NCBI GenBank assembly: GCA_046861645.1
Contig: JBHHUM010000001.1
Coordinates: 1-64,000, forward strand
Direction of reading: 5' to 3'
DNA length: 64,000 nucleotides
Origin: Fidelibacterota bacterium
Lineage (GTDB): Bacteria; Fidelibacterota; Marinisomatia; Marinisomatales; UBA2128
Shown: in pieces, positions 30,902 to 41,704 of the stretch
Layout of the letters: every line of letters starts with the position of its first letter
Position numbering within the stretch: the first letter of the stretch is position 1
Notes under the pieces: model-generated
Seen by the model: only the letters and a program-made list of their open reading frames with translations
What the model was told of the DNA's origin: nothing
Databases searched by the model: none
Made by a program: the position numbers and the translations under genes

Positions 30902-30968
30902 CCTTCCAGAAAGATAAGAACATACCTGTCTTATTAAGATTGTCACCTGTCTACCACCAACTTATACT

Positions 30969-31070
30969 TGAACCATAATTTTCCTAATTTAGAGGATTTT
31001 CAAGATTACTTAATCAGGTTAATCATTGTAGTCCTTGTCATCCCTGTCTATCGGTAGGCAGGAGGGTTCA
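30969..31070. repeat. Degenerate palindromic (MITE-like) element with a nested CCTGTCTATCGGTAGGCAGG palindrome
   Basis: TGAACC...GGTTCA ends, GATTA/TAATC centre; nested 20-mer at 31043-31062 resembles 29819-29838. Confidence 0.5.
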
Positions 31071-31313
31071 GGCAGTTTGAGGATTATCATAGAGCTGGCT
31101 ATTTCGACCTGGCAGGACTTTTCCGATCGGCCTGGTTTGCTGCCATTGTAACCCGTTTACGTTTTCTTTACGACTGACGGGTTGCCACCAGCTAACTGCC
31201 AACTATCAACTGTACTGGTTGTTGTCTTCTCTATAATTCCCAATGTCAATATATCTTGCACCTCTCTGACGCTCTCGACTAAATTTGTTAGCTTTTCTCG
31301 AAACGGAAACGGT

Positions 31314-32642
31314 ATGTTCACACTTTTACAGGAAAAATTTGGTATTATCCTCCGCAACCTGAGGGGTCTGGGGAAGATTTCTGAGAAAAATATCTCGGAA
31401 ACTAACCGTCTGATACGGCGGGCGCTTTTAGAGGCTGATGTGAATCTCCAGGTCGTGAAAGATTTTGTTACCTCGGTGGAGGAAAAGGCTCACGGATTAA
31501 CGGTAACCAAATCGGTTACACCCGGTCAACAGTTTACCAAGATCATTCATGATGAATTGACTGATCTACTGGGCAGGGAAGTAGCACCTCTAGTCTTTGC
31601 ACCCAAGCCTCCCACGGTAATTTTATTGGCCGGGCTCCAAGGATCTGGGAAGACCACCACGGCAGCAAAGTTGGCTAATAACCTGAAGAAGGAAGGTCGA
31701 CAACCCTACCTGGTAGCGGCGGATGTGTATCGTCCTGCAGCAGTGGAACAGTTGCAGACCCTCGGCCGGCAGATTGAGGTTCCCGTTTGGACTGAAGACC
31801 GTGATCCTGTTGCTATTTGCCGGAATGGTATGGATGAAGCCAGACGTCAATCATACGATGTGGTCATTCTTGATACGGCCGGTCGTCTCCATGTGGATAG
31901 TGAGATGATGGAAGAGATTGTAGACATCGCCGATGTGACGAAACCTACGGAGATACTTTTCGTAGCGGACGGGATGACCGGTCAGGATGCAGTACACTCT
32001 GCCCAGGCTTTTGCTCATGCTCTGGAGATTACCGGATCGATATTGACAAAACTCGATGGCGATGCCCGGGGAGGTGCAGCAGTTTCTATTGCCGCTGTCA
32101 CCGGTAAACCCATTAAGTTTATTGGTGTTAGTGAAAAGATGAACGGTTTGGAGATATTCTATCCGGATAGAATGGCTGGTCGTATCCTGGGTATGGGTGA
32201 TATTGTCACCTTGGTAGAAAAGGCACAGGATGTAGTAGCTCGGGAACAGTCAGCCCAAACGGCAGAGAAATTATCACAACAAAAGTTTACACTGGAAGAT
32301 TTTCAGGAGCAACTCCATCAGATGCAAAAGATGGGTTCTCTCGACCAGCTTATGGGAATGATACCCGGCTTGGGGAAACTGACTAAAAATATGGTATTGG
32401 ACGAAAAAAAGCTGGTATGGACAGATGCCATTATCTATTCCATGACTCCAGAGGAGCGACATAACCCGGTGATTATTGATGGCAGCCGCAGAAAAAGAAT
32501 TGCCCGGGGTAGTGGCAGGTCTATTCAGGAAGTGAACAGTCTCCTGAAACAATTCGGACAGCTTCAGAAAATGATGAAGACTCTCTCCCGGTCGAAAAGG
32601 AACCGTAAGATGATGGGACAACTAAACAGTATATTTAACTGA
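31314..32642 (+). CDS. ffh: Signal recognition particle protein
   Basis: GLQGSGKTT, DTAGR, TKLDGDARGG, M-domain; start moved to ATG 31314. Confidence 0.97.
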   Translation: MFTLLQEKFGIILRNLRGLGKISEKNISETNRLIRRALLEADVNLQVVKDFVTSVEEKAHGLTVTKSVTPGQQFTKIIHDELTDLLGREVAPLVFAPKPPTVILLAGLQGSGKTTTAAKLANNLKKEGRQPYLVAADVYRPAAVEQLQTLGRQIEVPVWTEDRDPVAICRNGMDEARRQSYDVVILDTAGRLHVDSEMMEEIVDIADVTKPTEILFVADGMTGQDAVHSAQAFAHALEITGSILTKLDGDARGGAAVSIAAVTGKPIKFIGVSEKMNGLEIFYPDRMAGRILGMGDIVTLVEKAQDVVAREQSAQTAEKLSQQKFTLEDFQEQLHQMQKMGSLDQLMGMIPGLGKLTKNMVLDEKKLVWTDAIIYSMTPEERHNPVIIDGSRRKRIARGSGRSIQEVNSLLKQFGQLQKMMKTLSRSKRNRKMMGQLNSIFN

Positions 32643-32652
32643 GGAGATAAAC

Positions 32653-33378
32653 TTGGCTACAAAAATAAGATTGAAAAGATTAGGACGACGAAACAGACCT
32701 TTTTTCCGAGTAATCGTTATTGATTCACGTAAACGTAGAGATGGCGCTGCTATCGAAGAAGTAGGCTGGTATGATCCCATTAAGCAAGATAGTAAGAATT
32801 ACAAGCTGGAAGCAGAACGTATCCTCCACTGGCTGAATAATGGGGCACAACCAACGTTTACCGTACGCAATTTAATGAAAAAGGAAGGACTCCTTTACCG
32901 CTGGCATTTAATGCGTCAGGGTTTAGATGAGAAAACTATCGACCAGGAGATGCAGAAGTGGGCGATGGATCGCGAAATTCGTTTGAAGGAGAAAGCTGAA
33001 AAAACTCCGGAAAAGTCGAAGAAGAAGACTGATATTGAACCAACGGCTGAAGAGACAGTTGCAGAGGCAGAAGCAGCTGTGGAAACTGAATCAAAGGGTG
33101 AGGGTGTATCTGAGGCTGAGGAGGAAATAGAAGAAGTAACACCTGAAGATGAAAGTAAGACAGAAGCAGAACCGGAGTCTGAAGCAGAGGCAGGAGCTGA
33201 GTCAGAGGGTGAGGGTGAAGCTAAGGCTGAGGAGAAGATAGAAGCAGCAACGACTGAAGATGAAAGTAAAGTAGTGCCAGAGGCGGTATCAGAAACAGAA
33301 GAAGAGGATGAAGGTGCAACTGAAACCGAAACAGAAAATAATTCCAACGACACTGACGAAAAAATTAAGGAAGAATAA
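32653..33378 (+). CDS. rpsP: 30S ribosomal protein S16 with long acidic C-terminal extension
   Basis: KIRLKRLGRRNRPFFRVIV.DSR..RDG; GAQPT. Confidence 0.95.
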   Translation: MATKIRLKRLGRRNRPFFRVIVIDSRKRRDGAAIEEVGWYDPIKQDSKNYKLEAERILHWLNNGAQPTFTVRNLMKKEGLLYRWHLMRQGLDEKTIDQEMQKWAMDREIRLKEKAEKTPEKSKKKTDIEPTAEETVAEAEAAVETESKGEGVSEAEEEIEEVTPEDESKTEAEPESEAEAGAESEGEGEAKAEEKIEAATTEDESKVVPEAVSETEEEDEGATETETENNSNDTDEKIKEE

Positions 33379-33407
33379 TCTTTAGGTTCGTACAAGGGTA
33401 TAGTTCT

Positions 33408-34151
33408 GTGAGTGATACTGGAGATAATTTAAGTGTGACTTTAAAGAAGATATTCATTATTACACCATTTCCTGAAATGGTGGAAGCAGTATTAGGAGAG
33501 AGTATACTCCGACGGGCTGCTGAGAAAAAGATTGTGGAATACCACATCATTAATTTACGTGATTACGCTACAGGAAAATTTAAACAGATAGACGATTACC
33601 CTTTTGGGGGTGGTACAGGTATGATCATGATGCCAGAGCCCATTATGAAAGCCATGGATCGAGTTAAGGAAATCGATACCTCTGCTTCAAACATGAGTGT
33701 GATTTTTCCAACTCCTCAGGGGGAGCAACTTACCCAGGAGAAATCCTGGAAGCTATCCCGGTCAGAGGCGTTGGTATTTATTTCCGGTCACTATAAGGGG
33801 ATGGACGAGCGCATTCGGGAGTCCATTATAACTGATGAAATATCGATTGGTGATTATGTATTAACTAACGGGGAACTCCCCACGCTGGTAATCCTTGATA
33901 CGGTCGTCAGATTAATTCCCGGAGTCCTGGGTGATGAGGAATCGGCTAACAGCGATTCTTTTACGAATGAGCTACTGGATCATCCGCATTATACCAGGCC
34001 GGCAGAAGTTCGCGGCCTGCAAGTTCCAGAAGTACTTTTAAGTGGGCATCATAGCAGAATTGAAGAGTGGCGGTTAAAACAGCGCGAAAAGCGAACTCGA
34101 TCCCGCCGTCCAGATCTATGGAAGGCATATAAAGGAAAACAAACCAGTTGA
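33408..34151 (+). CDS. trmD: tRNA (guanine37-N1)-methyltransferase (start may be GTG 33435)
   Basis: [31 protein letters not shown]. Confidence 0.96.
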   Translation: MSDTGDNLSVTLKKIFIITPFPEMVEAVLGESILRRAAEKKIVEYHIINLRDYATGKFKQIDDYPFGGGTGMIMMPEPIMKAMDRVKEIDTSASNMSVIFPTPQGEQLTQEKSWKLSRSEALVFISGHYKGMDERIRESIITDEISIGDYVLTNGELPTLVILDTVVRLIPGVLGDEESANSDSFTNELLDHPHYTRPAEVRGLQVPEVLLSGHHSRIEEWRLKQREKRTRSRRPDLWKAYKGKQTS

Positions 34152-34161
34152 GGTAAATACG

Positions 34162-34500
34162 ATGGAACCACAGAAATTTACAAAAAATTATCTGCGAGAT
34201 GATATTCCGGATTTTCGAGCAGGAGATACCGTGGGCGTAAATGTGAAAGTAGTTGAAGGAGGTAAGGAACGTATTCAACGGTTTGAAGGAGTCGTGCTCT
34301 CTAAAAGAGGTTCAGGAACCAACTCTACATTTACAGTACGCAAGGTCTCTTCAGGTATCGGCGTGGAGCGTATCTTTCCCCTCCATTCACCCACTATTGC
34401 TAATATTGTTGTAACACGTAGGGGAAAAGTGAGAAGGGCAAAACTGTATTATTTACGGAAGCTCAGGGGTAAAGCAGCCCGAATCAAGGAACGCCGATAG
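34162..34500 (+). CDS. rplS: 50S ribosomal protein L19
   Basis: [28 protein letters not shown]. Confidence 0.98.
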   Translation: MEPQKFTKNYLRDDIPDFRAGDTVGVNVKVVEGGKERIQRFEGVVLSKRGSGTNSTFTVRKVSSGIGVERIFPLHSPTIANIVVTRRGKVRRAKLYYLRKLRGKAARIKERR

Positions 34501-34529
34501 AGTTCTTATTAATAAAGATGGAATCTGTG

Positions 34530-34559
34530 GCAGGGGTGAACAGTTTGTTTAACCCCTGT
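34530..34559 (+). terminator. Hairpin after rplS (probable terminator)
   Basis: GCAGGGG.TGAACA / TGTTTA.ACCCCTGT. Confidence 0.5.
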
Positions 34560-34575
34560 CTTGTCTTAAATAGTA

Positions 34576-35763
34576 TTGATTTGCAGCTCTGAAAGTATGG
34601 CGACTCGCGAATCTAAGACTATTATTATCATTACCGGGTTATCCCATTTTGCTGTGCACAGCAGTATGCTTTTTTTCCCTGCTCTTTTGTTAGTTTTTCA
34701 AAATGAATTCTCTGCTGAGCCTGTCTCTCTGGCCAAGCTTGGATGGATCTATACCTTATCCAATTTCATGTTCGGATTAGGTGCGATACCTGCCGGTTGG
34801 ATTGAAGGAAAAGTTGGTGGCAGAAAACTCTTATTAGTTTACCAGTTTGGAGCTGCAGTTTCAGCTTTGATGGCGGCATTATCATGGAATTTAGCTTTTC
34901 TGACCATCGCCCTTGTCTTTCTGGGGTTGTTTTCCTCTATCTACCATCCAGCCGGCCTAACTATTATATCTCGTAGAATTCGTCAAACCAGTCGAGCTAT
35001 GGGATATCACGGGATAGCCGGTAGTGCCGGTTTGGCTGCCGGTCCGATCTTTGCTTCCCTAATGGCGGTTACTGGATCCTGGCGTATGGCTTATGCTACG
35101 ATTGGAATCTTCTGCCTGTTCTTAGCCTGGGCGACTAAGTTCTTCATTCCGGCTCGAAAAAGCGAAGTTGAAGAAGATATTATCCAGACGGAAATTACAA
35201 GGATGAAACCACTGGCAATTTATTATCTAATAGCTGTTTTTATCGGACTTACCTTCTACGGTTTTAAAACTTACATGCCGGTACATTTCAGCTTGAATGC
35301 CACAGGACTATTGGAAAAGTGGGATATTATCATCCGGGGTGGATTGTTTTCAACTATTGTGCTTTTAGCAGGAATTGGGGGGCAGATTATCGGTGGTAGA
35401 TTAGGTGATCGGTATAATCGTCCTAATCTGTTGGTCTTGATTTTTATGATACAAACCCCTGTGTTAATTGCTTTTGGTCTTAGCACTGGACCTTCTGTCT
35501 TGGTCTGGGGTGTATTGCTGGGAGTGTTACACTTCTCCCATCAACCCGTCGGGAATTCATTAATAGCTCAATATACTACCTCACTCAACCGGGGAATGGG
35601 TTATGGTATTTCGTTTTTTCTGAGTTTTGGATTAGGATCTTTTGCCTCTGGAATTAGTGGTTCTTTGGCGGAAAGTCATGGCGTTCAAGTCGTTTTTCCC
35701 TTTGTCGCTATTTTTATGGCTTGTGCCTTTCTACTTGCGCTATATTTACGGAAGATTTCATGA
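34576..35763 (+). CDS. MFS transporter
   Basis: About 12 TM segments; SIYHPAG; GRLGDRYNR. Confidence 0.88.
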   Translation: MICSSESMATRESKTIIIITGLSHFAVHSSMLFFPALLLVFQNEFSAEPVSLAKLGWIYTLSNFMFGLGAIPAGWIEGKVGGRKLLLVYQFGAAVSALMAALSWNLAFLTIALVFLGLFSSIYHPAGLTIISRRIRQTSRAMGYHGIAGSAGLAAGPIFASLMAVTGSWRMAYATIGIFCLFLAWATKFFIPARKSEVEEDIIQTEITRMKPLAIYYLIAVFIGLTFYGFKTYMPVHFSLNATGLLEKWDIIIRGGLFSTIVLLAGIGGQIIGGRLGDRYNRPNLLVLIFMIQTPVLIAFGLSTGPSVLVWGVLLGVLHFSHQPVGNSLIAQYTTSLNRGMGYGISFFLSFGLGSFASGISGSLAESHGVQVVFPFVAIFMACAFLLALYLRKIS

Positions 35764-35828
35764 ATTATCTGTTGTTTCCCTTGCAATTAAGTGATCCCCC
35801 TTCTATCTTGTTAAGTTGAGATGATATA

Positions 35829-37205
35829 ATGAAACTACAAGAAATTCCATCGGTCAATACTATTTTGGAAAGCCTTGATTTATCTACAATCACTGTACCT
35901 CGAAGTTTCGTCACCGACTTGATTCGCCTGGAACTTTCAATGCTGCGCCGAGAAGTTGGATTGGGGAAGATAAGGAAGACTCGCAGTGAATTAATTGAGC
36001 AAGTCCAACAGAATGTAATTCATGCCACTGAGAAAAGCCTAAAGCAGGTTATTAATGGGACGGGAATTGTCCTGCATACAGGTCTTGGACGTGCGCCTCT
36101 TGACCAGCAAGTCATTCTGCAATCGGTCAAACGGGTAGCTGGTTATACCAATCTGGAACTTGATCTCGAAACAGGGAGAAGAGGTGAACGACTTAATCAC
36201 GTTGAGGCTCTACTTAATTCCCTCGCGGGTTCAGAAGCCTCCCTATTAGTTAATAACAATGCTGCTGCTGTACTTTTGGCACTTAATACCGTGGCGGAGG
36301 GGCAGGAAGTTATCATCTCCCGGGGGCAGTTGGTGGAAATTGGAGGTTCTTTCAGGATTCCAGATGTAATCATCAAAAGTGGAGCCATTCTTAAAGAAGT
36401 CGGGACTACAAACCGTACTCATGAAAAAGATTATAGACAAGCAATTACTCCTCAGACTGGTGCAATCCTTTATGCCCACACCAGCAATTATCGGATTGAA
36501 GGATTTACTCAAGAAGTAGTTATCTTCGATTTAGCCCGGCTTGCAAGAAAAAAACACCTACCTCTGATTGTTGATTTAGGTAGTGGGGCTCTCTTCGATT
36601 TGATGGAAATCAACCTTCCCTCAGAACCAGTAGTGAAAGAAGTTTTAAAGCAAGGTGCTCATCTGGTTACATTCTCAGGTGATAAGCTGTTGGGAGGTCC
36701 ACAGGCGGGTCTCGTCTGTGGTCAAAAGGTGATCGTAAAGAAGTTGCTGAAAAATCCTCTTTATCGAGCCCTCAGATGTGATAAAATGACTTTAGGCTTA
36801 ATGGAGGAGACATTGAGAAATTATCAGGATGTTCCTACCTTGAGTAAGAATTTAACCTATCGCTTGTTGAAGACCAATCGATCAAGTTTAATTAGACGAG
36901 CTAAACGAATAGTGGATAGTTTACCTAAACCAGTCGTACAGCAGCTTGGTATCACGGTAGTAACTTCTCAAGCGGAGGCTGGAAGTGGTTCCTTACCTAC
37001 AGAGACCATGGAAAGTGCCGCTCTGCAATTTAATAGTAAAGCCATAAAACCTTCATTACTGGCAGCCGCGTTCCGGCGAGGAACTCCGCCGGTTTTGGGC
37101 TACATTTCTGATAACAAATTCTTCCTGGATATGAAAGCTATCTTACCCTCACAAACCAGACCTTTATCAGCTTTTATAAAAGCTGTTTTTAATGAAGTCT
37201 CATAA
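35829..37205 (+). CDS. selA: L-seryl-tRNA(Sec) selenium transferase
   Basis: INGTGIVLHTGLGRA; VNNNAAA; EIGGSFRIP; FSGDKLLGGPQAG. Confidence 0.96.
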   Translation: MKLQEIPSVNTILESLDLSTITVPRSFVTDLIRLELSMLRREVGLGKIRKTRSELIEQVQQNVIHATEKSLKQVINGTGIVLHTGLGRAPLDQQVILQSVKRVAGYTNLELDLETGRRGERLNHVEALLNSLAGSEASLLVNNNAAAVLLALNTVAEGQEVIISRGQLVEIGGSFRIPDVIIKSGAILKEVGTTNRTHEKDYRQAITPQTGAILYAHTSNYRIEGFTQEVVIFDLARLARKKHLPLIVDLGSGALFDLMEINLPSEPVVKEVLKQGAHLVTFSGDKLLGGPQAGLVCGQKVIVKKLLKNPLYRALRCDKMTLGLMEETLRNYQDVPTLSKNLTYRLLKTNRSSLIRRAKRIVDSLPKPVVQQLGITVVTSQAEAGSGSLPTETMESAALQFNSKAIKPSLLAAAFRRGTPPVLGYISDNKFFLDMKAILPSQTRPLSAFIKAVFNEVS

Positions 37206-39088
37206 TGATGTCTCAAGTCATAATTGGCACCGCCGGACATATCGATCATGGTAAAACAGCTCTGGTTAAAGCGTTAACCGGTACAGATACTGATCGATTA
37301 CCGGAAGAGCAACGTCGGGGAATGACTATCGACCTCGGTTTTGCGTTCCTGACTGATCATATCACAATCATTGATGTTCCTGGGCATGAAAAGTTTATCC
37401 GTAATATGGTAGCTGGAGTTAGTACAGTGGACATTGCTTTACTGGCCATTGCTGCCGATGATGGTATCATGCCCCAGACCCGGGAACATCTTGACATCCT
37501 GCAACTCTTAAAAGTGCAGAAAGGGTGTGTAGCAATAACAAAATGTGATCTATCTGAAAGCAAGGAGTGGCTTTATTTATTGGAAGAAGATATTAAAGAT
37601 TATATAGGTGGTACCACTCTAAAAGAAATGCCCATCGTCAGGACATCTGCTGTCACTGGGGAGGGTATTACCGATCTTAAAAAGTACCTTTTGAATCTTT
37701 CCAATCAGGTGCAAGCTCGAAGTGACCGTGGGTTTTTCCGGCAATCCATTGATCGAGTGTTCACCATGAAAGGTTTTGGTACGGTGGTTACTGGCACTGT
37801 TATCAGTGGTTCTGCCACCGTCGGAGATTCTATCGAGATTGTGCCTGGTGAAGTAACAGCTAAAATCAGGAGTTTGCAATCCCACGGCAAAGATGTTAAA
37901 ATGGTGCAGGTGGGCGATAGATCGGCTGTGAATCTGAGTGGGGTTGATCGTCAATCGTTGAAACGAGGTTCGCAAATCGTCTCAGACGGTTTTCTCAAAG
38001 CTGTAAAATCATTTGGAGCCCATATCTCTCTGACTTTAAATACGTCCCGTAAATTGAAACATGAGCAACGAGTTCGTGTTCATATTGGTACGGACGAGAT
38101 CATGGGTCGGGTCTACATTGTGAGTTCTAATCGCCACAAAAGTATTCAGGGTGGAGAAGAGGCTACGGTTCTTATCCGCCTGGAAAAGCCAGCTCCATTA
38201 GCTATGGATGATCCCTTAATCATTCGCCTCTATTCTCCACCGGAAACTCTGGGCGGTGGGACGGTCATCGATACCTATCCACCATTCAGATGGAAAGATA
38301 CCAGAAAGTGGTTACAAGTTCTTGATGAATCTTCAAACGATATTCGCCCAACTCTTTTTTTCAAGCAGGATAAATCCGCTCCCAAAACATTGTTACAGTT
38401 GTGCCAGAGATTTCAAATGGGCTCAGATCAATTGCAAGCATATCTAGAGACATTGGATTTAATTCATTTTGGTCCCGAACGCGATCCTTTTATTGCACTT
38501 GCAGATGATATTGAAGAACAAAAGTTGGCGTTGTTGGATGTTGTGAACACCTATCACGAACAGAAAGTTTATCGTTTGGGTATACCCAGGGATGAACTCC
38601 GACAGAAATTGGGTTATAGCGAAGCACTTTTTGATTTTCTCCTAAGTGAACTAGTGGGAAAGAAGGAGTTGGAGATCAGAGATGGACTTGTCAGGGCCAG
38701 TGGGTATGTAATGACACTCAGTGAAAGTGACCAGGTTCAGGTTCAGAAGGTTTTCAATAAGCTTCAGAAATATGGTACTACCCCACCAGTGGTTATTGAT
38801 TTAGCACGAGAACTGGGATTGTCTGAAAAAAAGGTCCAGGAAATTTTACATGTTTTGAAAAATGAGCAACGGGTAACAGATATCTCTAGGAATTTATGGT
38901 ACAGTACCAAAGTCCTTTCTGAATTGGAGAGGACAATTCGAAAATATTTTACTACTCACCAAACTATGTCAGTCCTTGATTTCAAGAGTCTCACCAAGAC
39001 CACACGTAAACATGCGATTCCATTGCTTGAGTATTTAGATCGTCATGAAATAACGCTTCGTGAGGGTGACAGGAGAGTTTTAGCATGA
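37205..39088 (+). CDS. selB: Selenocysteine-specific elongation factor
   Basis: [21 protein letters not shown]-terminal winged helix [19 protein letters not shown]. Confidence 0.96.
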   Translation: MMSQVIIGTAGHIDHGKTALVKALTGTDTDRLPEEQRRGMTIDLGFAFLTDHITIIDVPGHEKFIRNMVAGVSTVDIALLAIAADDGIMPQTREHLDILQLLKVQKGCVAITKCDLSESKEWLYLLEEDIKDYIGGTTLKEMPIVRTSAVTGEGITDLKKYLLNLSNQVQARSDRGFFRQSIDRVFTMKGFGTVVTGTVISGSATVGDSIEIVPGEVTAKIRSLQSHGKDVKMVQVGDRSAVNLSGVDRQSLKRGSQIVSDGFLKAVKSFGAHISLTLNTSRKLKHEQRVRVHIGTDEIMGRVYIVSSNRHKSIQGGEEATVLIRLEKPAPLAMDDPLIIRLYSPPETLGGGTVIDTYPPFRWKDTRKWLQVLDESSNDIRPTLFFKQDKSAPKTLLQLCQRFQMGSDQLQAYLETLDLIHFGPERDPFIALADDIEEQKLALLDVVNTYHEQKVYRLGIPRDELRQKLGYSEALFDFLLSELVGKKELEIRDGLVRASGYVMTLSESDQVQVQKVFNKLQKYGTTPPVVIDLARELGLSEKKVQEILHVLKNEQRVTDISRNLWYSTKVLSELERTIRKYFTTHQTMSVLDFKSLTKTTRKHAIPLLEYLDRHEITLREGDRRVLA

Positions 39089-41697
39089 CATCCTCGAAAA
39101 AAGGAAAATCAGGGAAAATGACACCCCTCATGAAACAATATTATGAGGTTAAGAGTCAACATCCAGATGCATTGGTACTTTTTAGGATGGGAGATTTTTT
39201 CGAGACATTTGATGAAGATGCCAAAATCACTTCCCGGATTTTGGATATTACTCTGACAAAGAGGTCAAATGGAGCTGCTGCAGAAGTGCCCTTGGCCGGC
39301 TTTCCCCATCATGCTTTGGACTCTTATCTACCCAAATTAGTGGAGGCGGGACTCCGTGTAGCCATTTGCGAACAGGTTGAAGACCCCAAACTGGCCAAAG
39401 GAATTGTCAAGAGGGAAGTGATCGAGGTAGTGACTCCAGGTACCGCTTCTGTTGAAGGTATTTCCCGTCCCCAAAGAAACAATTTTTTAGGAGCCTTTTT
39501 CAGCGGACATGAAAGAGTAGGTTTTTCTTTTCTGGATCATTCCACAGGCGAATTTTACGTCGGTGAGTGTCCAGAAGAAAATCTATCGGAAACAGTACTG
39601 AAATTTTCTCCAAGGGAAGTTATTATAGAGGAAGGACGTCCCTACAGTGAAGAGCAATGGTATCAACGTTTAAAACCTTTCATTACTGAGATGGATGAGT
39701 GGGCTTTTGACATAAAAGCGGCACAGCAATCTCTTACCGAACAATTGGGGACACCTTCTTTGAAACCCTTTGGTTGTGATGATCTCAATGAAGGAATTGC
39801 AGCTGCTGGAATAATCTTGAGTTATGTACAACGTAATATTCCTAACAGTGTTGCTCATATCACTCGACTGAGGAGAGTACGAGATGAAAATGTTATGGGA
39901 CTGGATGCCTTCACGATTCGCAATTTGGAGCTGTTTCAGTCTCTATCCACACAGGGAACCCATGGAACGCTCATTTCAATATTAGATCAAACGGTTACTC
40001 CCGGGGGAGGGCGACTGTTGCGCAGACGGCTACAGTATCCCCTGGTGAACTGTAAAGAAATAGAACATAGACTGGATCGGGTGGCAGGGTTTTTAGAGGA
40101 TAGTGATCTAAGATCGGAAGTGAGACATCAGCTCTCTCTCTGTACTGATTTGGAGCGTAATCTGGCCCGTTTGAGTCGAGGGCGAGGTTCACCACGAGAT
40201 GCGGCAAGTATTAGTTCAACCCTCTCCTTGTTTCCAGAAATCTGTGTCACAATAGGTGAATCAGATAACAATTCCTTACATGAGTTAGTTTCTGAAACAC
40301 CAGATACGTCATCAATTGTCCAACGAATTGTTACTACCTTGGTGGATGATGTGCCCATCAGTCTGACCAAAGGAAGAGTTATACGTCAGGGAGTGGATAG
40401 CGAACTAGACGAACTCAGGGCTATCGCCGTCAGTGGCAAAGATTGGATTGCAGCTATGCAGGAAAGTGAACGGCAGGCCACAGGTATTCCTTCCTTGAAA
40501 GTTGGTTATAACAAGGTATTTGGATATTATTTGTCTGTCACAAAGAGCCAACTGGAAAAAGTACCTGAACATTATATACGAAAGCAGACGCTCGTTAATG
40601 CAGAAAGATATGTGACACCTGAGCTGAAAGAATATGAGGAGAAAATTCTCACTTCCGAGGAGAAGATACTGGAAATTGAATTACGGATCTTTAACGAGTT
40701 GCGGTTGTGGATTTTGGAACAAGCTAAGCTTATTCAGCAAAGTGCCTTTCTGCTAAACGAAATTGATTTTATTACTACGTTAGCCGAGGTTGCCCAGCAA
40801 AATAATTATGTTAAGCCACGTATAACTGATGAGACACGTTTAATCTTAAAGGAGTCTCGACATCCAGTGATAGAAGCTATTCTTCCTTCTGGCGAAGAGT
40901 TCGTTGCCAATGATTTAAGCATGAATTGCTCTAAGAGTCAGATTCTACTCATTACGGGACCTAATATGGCTGGGAAATCCACTTATCTACGCCAGATAGG
41001 CTTAATCGTAGTCCTGGCTCAGATGGGCAGTTTTGTACCTGCCCGAGAGGCTGAAATAGGTATAGTAGATCGCCTTTTCACACGTGTAGGTGCAAGTGAT
41101 AACCTGGCTGGAGGGGAATCTACGTTCCTCGTCGAAATGATTGAAGCCGCCAATATACTCAATAATGCTACCCCTCAAAGCCTGATTATTTTCGATGAAA
41201 TCGGTCGTGGAACGGCCACTTTTGATGGTCTGTCGTTGGCCTGGGCTATAACCGAATTTGTACATAACACGCCTTATGCTCAGGCTCGTACGCTTTTTGC
41301 CACCCACTATCATGAACTGACTGAATTAGAAGAAATTCTGGAAAGGGTAGTTAATTATAATGTAGCCGTAAAGGAATTTGGTGATAAAGTGGTATTTTTA
41401 AGAAAGATTGTTCCTGGTCCAACTGATAAAAGCTATGGCATTCATGTGGCGAAAATGGCTGGACTACCCGGTCCGGTGATTAACCGAGCTACTGAGATTC
41501 TCAGTCACTTAATCAGACACGAATCTCTACAAGTTGATGGAACCGCACCGCCCAAGGATGCGTCTAAGCAGATAAACTTGTTTCAGGAAGAAGAATCCAA
41601 TTTGAAAAAAAAGTTGGCCGAACTCGAGATTAATAACATGACTCCATTGGAAGCTCTGCAAGAGTTAGACAGGCTCAAGTCTGAATACGGACTCTGA
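39085..41697 (+). CDS. mutS: DNA mismatch repair protein MutS
   Basis: TPLMKQY; FRMGDFFE; TGPNMAGKST; DEIGRGT; ATHYHEL. Confidence 0.98.
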   Translation: MTSSKKGKSGKMTPLMKQYYEVKSQHPDALVLFRMGDFFETFDEDAKITSRILDITLTKRSNGAAAEVPLAGFPHHALDSYLPKLVEAGLRVAICEQVEDPKLAKGIVKREVIEVVTPGTASVEGISRPQRNNFLGAFFSGHERVGFSFLDHSTGEFYVGECPEENLSETVLKFSPREVIIEEGRPYSEEQWYQRLKPFITEMDEWAFDIKAAQQSLTEQLGTPSLKPFGCDDLNEGIAAAGIILSYVQRNIPNSVAHITRLRRVRDENVMGLDAFTIRNLELFQSLSTQGTHGTLISILDQTVTPGGGRLLRRRLQYPLVNCKEIEHRLDRVAGFLEDSDLRSEVRHQLSLCTDLERNLARLSRGRGSPRDAASISSTLSLFPEICVTIGESDNNSLHELVSETPDTSSIVQRIVTTLVDDVPISLTKGRVIRQGVDSELDELRAIAVSGKDWIAAMQESERQATGIPSLKVGYNKVFGYYLSVTKSQLEKVPEHYIRKQTLVNAERYVTPELKEYEEKILTSEEKILEIELRIFNELRLWILEQAKLIQQSAFLLNEIDFITTLAEVAQQNNYVKPRITDETRLILKESRHPVIEAILPSGEEFVANDLSMNCSKSQILLITGPNMAGKSTYLRQIGLIVVLAQMGSFVPAREAEIGIVDRLFTRVGASDNLAGGESTFLVEMIEAANILNNATPQSLIIFDEIGRGTATFDGLSLAWAITEFVHNTPYAQARTLFATHYHELTELEEILERVVNYNVAVKEFGDKVVFLRKIVPGPTDKSYGIHVAKMAGLPGPVINRATEILSHLIRHESLQVDGTAPPKDASKQINLFQEEESNLKKKLAELEINNMTPLEALQELDRLKSEYGL

Positions 41698-41704
41698 ACT
41701 GTAC

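Noticed and set aside
31182..31313. N-terminal extension of Ffh in the ORF track
   Set aside because: Translates through 7-mer repeats; Ffh-like sequence starts at ATG 31314
32916..33395. Ser-rich antisense ORF and other short shadow ORFs
   Set aside because: Mirror of the Glu-rich S16 tail, or antisense to well-supported genes
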